A DNA stretch of 64,000 nucleotides from NCBI GenBank assembly GCA_046757965.1, contig JBHHZI010000001.1:25112-89111 (forward strand), in the 5' to 3' direction. The notes under the pieces are model-generated. The model made no database searches. It worked only from the letters and a program-made list of their open reading frames with translations, and was not told the DNA's origin. Positions 59,401 to 64,000 of this stretch are shown here, piece by piece. Each line of letters starts with the position of its first letter. Within the stretch, counting starts at the first letter, position 1. The translations under genes were made by a program, and so were the position numbers. Source of the stretch: Acidobacteriota bacterium. GTDB lineage: Bacteria; Acidobacteriota; Polarisedimenticolia; SMYD01.

Positions 59401-61440
59401 GTGAAGGCACTTCTGGTCTATCCTGAACACCCCGATCAGACCTACTGGAGCTTCAGCCGCTCGCTCCCCTACATCGGATGCCGTAGCGCCATGCCTCCGC
59501 TGGGGCTCATCACGGTGGCGGCCATGCTACCGGACCACTGGCAGCTTCGCCTCATCGACATGAACACCACGATTCTGCGCGACGCGGACCTGCTGTGGGC
59601 CGACGTCGTTCTCACCTCGACCATGGTGGTTCAGGCGGCCTCGCTCCACGCGGTCATCGACCGATGCCATCGGCTCGACATTCCGGTGGTGGCGGGCGGT
59701 CCGTACCCCAGCGGCTCCCCCGGACAGGTTCACCAGGCGGACCACATCTTCGTCGGAGAGGCCGAGGACGAGATCGCCGCGTTCGCGGCAGCGCTGGAGT
59801 CGGGAACGGCCCCGAAGATTCACCGCGCCTCCGGCCTGCCCGCCATCGGCCACGCTCCGGTGCCCCGGTTCGACCTCCTGGATCTCGACGCATATGCTTC
59901 CATGGCCATCCAGCACTCGCGGGGCTGCCCGTTCGGATGCGAGTTCTGCGACATCTGGAAGCTGTACGGCCGACGCTCCCGGGTCAAGGAACCGTCCCAG
60001 ATGGCCGCCGAGCTGGACGCACTCCACGACGCGGGCTGGCGCGGCTCGGTCTTCTTCGTCGACGATAACTTCATCGGCAACCCGCATGTGGCTCGCCGCT
60101 CGCTGGCGACTCTCGAGTCCTGGCAGGCGGAGCACGGTTTTCCCTTCCAGTTCTACACCGAGGCATCTGTGAATCTCGGTACTGACGACGCGCTCATGGG
60201 CGCCATGCGTGATGCCGGCTTCAACTTCGTCTTTCTCGGCATCGAATCACCATCGAGCGAGAGCCTGGCCGGCGCCAACAAGCCGCTGAACGCGAGGCTC
60301 GATCTCCTCGATGTGGTCCGCCGCATCCAGGCGCACGGCCTCGAGGTCTCCGGGGGCTTCATTGTCGGCTTCGACGAGGACACGGAGGACATCTTCGACC
60401 GCCAGATCGCCTTCATCCGGGAAGCCGCCATCCCGATGGCCATGGTGGGCATTCTCACCGCCATCGAGGGCACGGACCTCTACGACCGGCTGAGGGCGGA
60501 GGGCCGTCTGCTGCACGAATCGCCCGGCGACAATACCCACCGCTTCGAGGCGAACTTCATCCCTCGCCTGCCCGCCGATCAGCTCGCCGCCGGTTACCGG
60601 CGCGTGATGAACACGCTCTACGACCCGACACTGAGGGATTACTTCTCCCGCTGCCGGCGTCTGTTCGACCGGCTGGGGCCCAACCCCCGCTTCACCCGGC
60701 GCATCGTGTCGCGGGAGATCCGCGCCCTGCTCCGCTCTCTCGCCACGATCGTAACCCGCCGGTACGGCCGGGAGTACCTTCGCTTTCTCCTCTGGTGCCT
60801 GCGGCGCCACCCGGCCCGCTTTCCGGAGGCGGTGCGCCTCGCCATCCAGGGCTTCCATCTCGAGGCGATCACGCGGGAAGCGCTCGCCTGTGACGATCTA
60901 CGCAAGGTGTCCGTGAAGCTCACCGAGCGGTTCGCGGTGCGCCTGGGCCGGATCGCACGCGGCGCACGGAGACCATCCATCACTGCCGCCGCGTATGTCC
61001 GCACGGTGATGATCGAGCGGGACCGAGTGCTGCGCAATCTGAGGCGGCGCCTGCGCAGCCTGGCTCCCGACGCCCGCGCTGCCGCCGCGTTGATCTACGG
61101 GGAGACCCTCACCAGGCTCGACGCCCTGTGCTCCGAGCACCTCCCCACAGCTTCGGGTGTGTTCCACGCCGGCACCGAGCGACTCGCCGCCCTGCGCACG
61201 GCACTGCAGAATGATGTCGATCGAGTTCGCTTGCGATCTCTCGCGCTCTACGCCAGGGCCGGTGACGGCGTGGCAGAGATCCGTCGAGAGATACGGGCCG
61301 TCCATGGCATGCGCCGCGCGATCCTGCGTCGGGCGAGGCGGCGCGTGCAGGCTCTGCCCGCCGAGTACCGTGTTCTGGGCAGTGTCGAGCTGCAGGCCCT
61401 GCGCCGCACACTCGCCGGCGTGGTCCCCGTCACCACCTGA
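59401..61440 (+). CDS. B12-binding-domain radical SAM protein with a DUF4070-like C-terminal domain
   Basis: N-terminal cobalamin-binding Rossmann-like region. CPFGCEFC (CxxxCxxC) radical SAM cluster motif. Long C-terminal helical domain. Confidence 0.85.
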   Translation: MKALLVYPEHPDQTYWSFSRSLPYIGCRSAMPPLGLITVAAMLPDHWQLRLIDMNTTILRDADLLWADVVLTSTMVVQAASLHAVIDRCHRLDIPVVAGGPYPSGSPGQVHQADHIFVGEAEDEIAAFAAALESGTAPKIHRASGLPAIGHAPVPRFDLLDLDAYASMAIQHSRGCPFGCEFCDIWKLYGRRSRVKEPSQMAAELDALHDAGWRGSVFFVDDNFIGNPHVARRSLATLESWQAEHGFPFQFYTEASVNLGTDDALMGAMRDAGFNFVFLGIESPSSESLAGANKPLNARLDLLDVVRRIQAHGLEVSGGFIVGFDEDTEDIFDRQIAFIREAAIPMAMVGILTAIEGTDLYDRLRAEGRLLHESPGDNTHRFEANFIPRLPADQLAAGYRRVMNTLYDPTLRDYFSRCRRLFDRLGPNPRFTRRIVSREIRALLRSLATIVTRRYGREYLRFLLWCLRRHPARFPEAVRLAIQGFHLEAITREALACDDLRKVSVKLTERFAVRLGRIARGARRPSITAAAYVRTVMIERDRVLRNLRRRLRSLAPDARAAAALIYGETLTRLDALCSEHLPTASGVFHAGTERLAALRTALQNDVDRVRLRSLALYARAGDGVAEIRREIRAVHGMRRAILRRARRRVQALPAEYRVLGSVELQALRRTLAGVVPVTT

Positions 61441-61760
61441 TGGTTCACGGCGCAAGTTGACGACGCCGGCCGGATGGGCCTCACTGAATTCCCGGAACGC
61501 CAGGTCCTGCTTTCCGACCGTGCCGACGAGGCCCTCGCCCTCCACGCGCTCCATGACGAGAACAGGCATGCCGGCGTCTTCCTCGACCAAGTGCACGGTG
61601 ACGATGTTCGGATGATTGACGGCGGCGGTCACCCACACGGACAACATCCATTGATTCAGTCACTTGAAGAGCATCAATAGCAAGATTCTGGCGTCTTGAC
61701 TTTCGCCTCGCCCGGGTCGACTTTTTCTTGACGGGGCGGTTCTGCCCCCTGGGGGTAGCC

Positions 61761-62168
61761 ATGCGAAGAGATCCGACCAAAGTGATGCCCGGCTCCCAGG
61801 AGAGCAGGGGATTCCAGCAGTTCCTGACCGGCCACGACGTGAAGCTCGTCCAGGTGTCCGGGGACGCGGCCGGCACGCAGTTCGAGCTCCGCCAGGAGGT
61901 TCAGACGCTCGGTCGCGGAGCGGATGCCGACCTCGTCATCGATACAGAGGCCGCGTCTCGAAAGCACGCCGCCATCGAATTCGCCGGCGGACAGTTCCGC
62001 GTGCGCGATCTCGGCAGCACCAACGGCTTCCTGCTCAACGGCAAGTCGGTGCAGACAGCGAACCTGCAACACGGCGATCAGATCGAGATCGGCGGGCAGG
62101 TTTTCCAGTTCATCTGCGACACCCGGGATGTCGATCCCGAGACCTATCAGATCGACGCGGACGACTGA
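61761..62168 (+). CDS. FHA domain protein
   Basis: LGRGADADLVID ... SRKHAAIEF ... VRDLGSTNGFLLNGKSV, the canonical FHA core. Confidence 0.8.
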   Translation: MRRDPTKVMPGSQESRGFQQFLTGHDVKLVQVSGDAAGTQFELRQEVQTLGRGADADLVIDTEAASRKHAAIEFAGGQFRVRDLGSTNGFLLNGKSVQTANLQHGDQIEIGGQVFQFICDTRDVDPETYQIDADD

Positions 62169-62207
62169 TCCGACAGGTTCCCCCACGAACCGGAACGGCA
62201 AACCAAC

Positions 62208-63692
62208 ATGAGCAGGCCGTCCAACCCACGCCCCAGACATGTCGCGGACTACGAGATCGAACGGGAGATCGGTCAGGGCGGCATGGGTGTGGTCTACCTG
62301 GCCCACCAGCAGACTCTCGAGCGCCCTGCCGTTCTCAAGAAGATCCGCCGCGAGCTCTTGACCGACACCATTGCTGTCGAACGCTTCCGGCGTGAGGCAT
62401 GCGCGGCCGCAGCCGTGCACCATCAGAACGTCGTTGCCGTCTACGACGCCTTCGAGTGGCGCAACGACCTCTACATCGCCCAGGAACTGGTCGACGGACA
62501 GGACCTGCGGGCAATTCTCGACAAGGCGAAGCGCCTGCGCCCCGAGATCGCCGCACTGATCGCCCTGGAGGTCGTACGTGGCCTCGAGGAGATCCACGCC
62601 CGCGGGATCGTGCACCGCGACGTCAAGCCCGGCAACGTTCTCATCGGCTGGGAGGGCGAGACCAAGATCGCCGACTTCGGCATCGCGCTGGCGGAGAACG
62701 GCAACGGCCTCACCCGGCCCGGCCTGATGGTCGGCTCGGTCCACTACATGTCTCCCGAACAGATCCTGGGCGAGCCGCTCGACCATCGCAGCGACCTCTT
62801 CCTGCTCGGTATCCTCCTGTACGAGATGATCGCGGGCATGCCGCCGTTCCAGGAATCGACCGACGCCTCGGCGGACACGCTCCTCCACAGGATACAGGAC
62901 GGCCGCTTCACACCGCTGCGCAAGATCGCGCCGCAGGCGCCGCGCTATCTGGCGCGCCTGATCCGTTTCTGCCTGCGAGCCCGGCCGGCGCAGCGCGTGC
63001 CATCGACCACCGCCGTCCGGCGGTTACTCGAGCGCCGGCTGCGCAGCCACTCGCCGGCCGACTGCCGCCGGAGGATCGCCATCTACCTGCGGGAGCGTGG
63101 CATCCTGGAGCCGATCGACGAGCACACCGCCGTGCGACCGAGGCAGCCGGGGGCCAGGGCGCAGCCGCGCGGCGCCCGGTTCCCACAACGCCGACTCCCT
63201 GACGGGCGGGCAGGTCTGCCGTCATCGCTCTCGCGCCGTGTCACCGTGGCGGCGTCGCTGCTGATGGCGGTGATCACCACGGGCTACGTCCTGCGCCCGG
63301 CGAGCACCGGGACGACGAGAGCCGAGCTCGCCCAGGTGCGATTCGCGGAGGGGAGCCCGCTGGGCGCAAACGAGTCGGGTTCGCCACCGCCCACTGGCTC
63401 GTCGACCGGTTCGTCGCAACCTGCTCCCACGGGGCCGGCAGTCGGAACCGTTCCATCACCGTCGCCCGAGCCGGCAAGCGTGCGCTTCGTCGCCTATCCA
63501 TGGGCCGAGATTCGTGTTGATGATGGCCCGCCTTTCTTGACCCCGCGGGCACTGCCGGTGGAACTGCCGCCCGGATCGCACCGGGTCGTCTTCACGCACC
63601 CGACTTACGGCGAGGCGGAGGTGACCATCGACGTCGAGCCGGGCGAGACACTCGACGTGCGGCACGAGTTCGAGAAGGCGGCGGGCCGATGA
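62208..63692 (+). CDS. Ser/Thr protein kinase with a TM helix and a C-terminal PEGA domain
   Basis: Kinase motifs IGQGGMGVVY, VLKK, HRDVKPGNVL, DFG and SPEQ. The C-terminal FVAYPWAEIRVDDGP ... HRVVFTHPTYGEAEVTIDVEPGETL is a PEGA beta-sandwich. Confidence 0.9.
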   Translation: MSRPSNPRPRHVADYEIEREIGQGGMGVVYLAHQQTLERPAVLKKIRRELLTDTIAVERFRREACAAAAVHHQNVVAVYDAFEWRNDLYIAQELVDGQDLRAILDKAKRLRPEIAALIALEVVRGLEEIHARGIVHRDVKPGNVLIGWEGETKIADFGIALAENGNGLTRPGLMVGSVHYMSPEQILGEPLDHRSDLFLLGILLYEMIAGMPPFQESTDASADTLLHRIQDGRFTPLRKIAPQAPRYLARLIRFCLRARPAQRVPSTTAVRRLLERRLRSHSPADCRRRIAIYLRERGILEPIDEHTAVRPRQPGARAQPRGARFPQRRLPDGRAGLPSSLSRRVTVAASLLMAVITTGYVLRPASTGTTRAELAQVRFAEGSPLGANESGSPPPTGSSTGSSQPAPTGPAVGTVPSPSPEPASVRFVAYPWAEIRVDDGPPFLTPRALPVELPPGSHRVVFTHPTYGEAEVTIDVEPGETLDVRHEFEKAAGR

Positions 63693-64000
63693 ATGCACGC
63701 CGGATGGCCTCGCCACGGCCGATGGTCCTGGACCTGATCGGACCTCTCCTGCGGGTGGGGCTGGTCGGCCTGGCAGTGCTGATGGCGACAGGCGCCGGCG
63801 CCGTCGAATTGACTCACAAGGTGCGCCGCGGCCAGTCGGCGTCGTCCATCGCCCGGGACTACTACGGCAAGCTGGCAGCCGGTGAGTTGCTGCTCCTGTA
63901 CAACGGCAAGACCAGCGACGTGCTGCATCCGGGCGAGACACTCCGCATCCCGTACACCGCGGTGCACACGGTGCGACCCGGAGACTCGTGGTCGGCCATC
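63689..64000 (+). CDS. LysM-domain protein, 3'-partial; start overlaps the kinase stop (ATGA)
   Basis: TM/signal segment, then HKVRRGQSASSIARDYYG and HTVRPGDSWSAI LysM motifs. Runs off the window end. Confidence 0.7.
   Translation, partial: MNARRMASPRPMVLDLIGPLLRVGLVGLAVLMATGAGAVELTHKVRRGQSASSIARDYYGKLAAGELLLLYNGKTSDVLHPGETLRIPYTAVHTVRPGDSWSAI

Noticed and set aside
61674-62888. 404-aa minus-strand ORF
   Set aside because: Antisense to the FHA and kinase genes, which have clear motifs.
1-64000. CRISPR arrays, rRNA/tRNA genes, transposases or integrases
   Set aside because: I scanned for regularly spaced direct repeats, IS-like terminal inverted repeats and recombinase motifs. None were found. 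The only tandem repeat is the in-gene 24-nt coding repeat.

Overview
This is a ~70% GC bacterial chromosomal segment with about 44 genes. The gene content (several Ser/Thr kinases fused to TolB-like, TPR and PEGA domains, CarboxypepD_reg and FG-GAP giant proteins, an AsmA protein) resembles Gemmatimonadota or Acidobacteriota-like genomes. The window holds the following, in order. A 5'-partial thioredoxin-fold protein with EF-hands whose reading frame runs through an in-frame TGA. RidA. A sigma-54 activator with receiver domain, with a candidate sigma-54 promoter and a small peptide gene immediately downstream. An IscS/NifS-like cysteine desulfurase followed by two large uncharacterized proteins. 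AsmA. A Kef-type K+/H+ antiporter. A secreted beta-helix protein. cspA. A small zinc-ribbon gene. A Ser/Thr kinase-TolB fusion translationally coupled to an MFS transporter. A TIGR01777 epimerase. A PAS hybrid histidine kinase. A cyanophycinase-like peptidase and a P5C dehydrogenase. A MacAB-like ABC efflux set. A 2188-aa FG-GAP/beta-helix/metzincin-like giant protein. A kinase-TPR. An amidohydrolase. A protease cluster (M48, HtrA, an HtrA paralog whose catalytic Ser is replaced, subtilisin). HEAT and CarboxypepD_reg proteins. A small Cys-rich secreted peptide next to CDGSH and B12-radical-SAM genes. An FHA/kinase-PEGA/LysM module. The most notable observation concerns TAG. Of roughly 40 gene ends I read, all terminate with TGA (about 38) or TAA (2), and none with TAG. 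Two otherwise intact, well-conserved genes carry a single in-frame TAG at positions where homologs have a hydrophobic or aromatic residue. This points to amber-codon reassignment or efficient suppression rather than two pseudogenes. A second recoding candidate is an in-frame TGA at 37-39, which lies at the C-x-x-C position of a redoxin-like domain and would give a C-x-x-U selenoprotein. No CRISPR array, tRNA, rRNA or obvious mobile element was seen.
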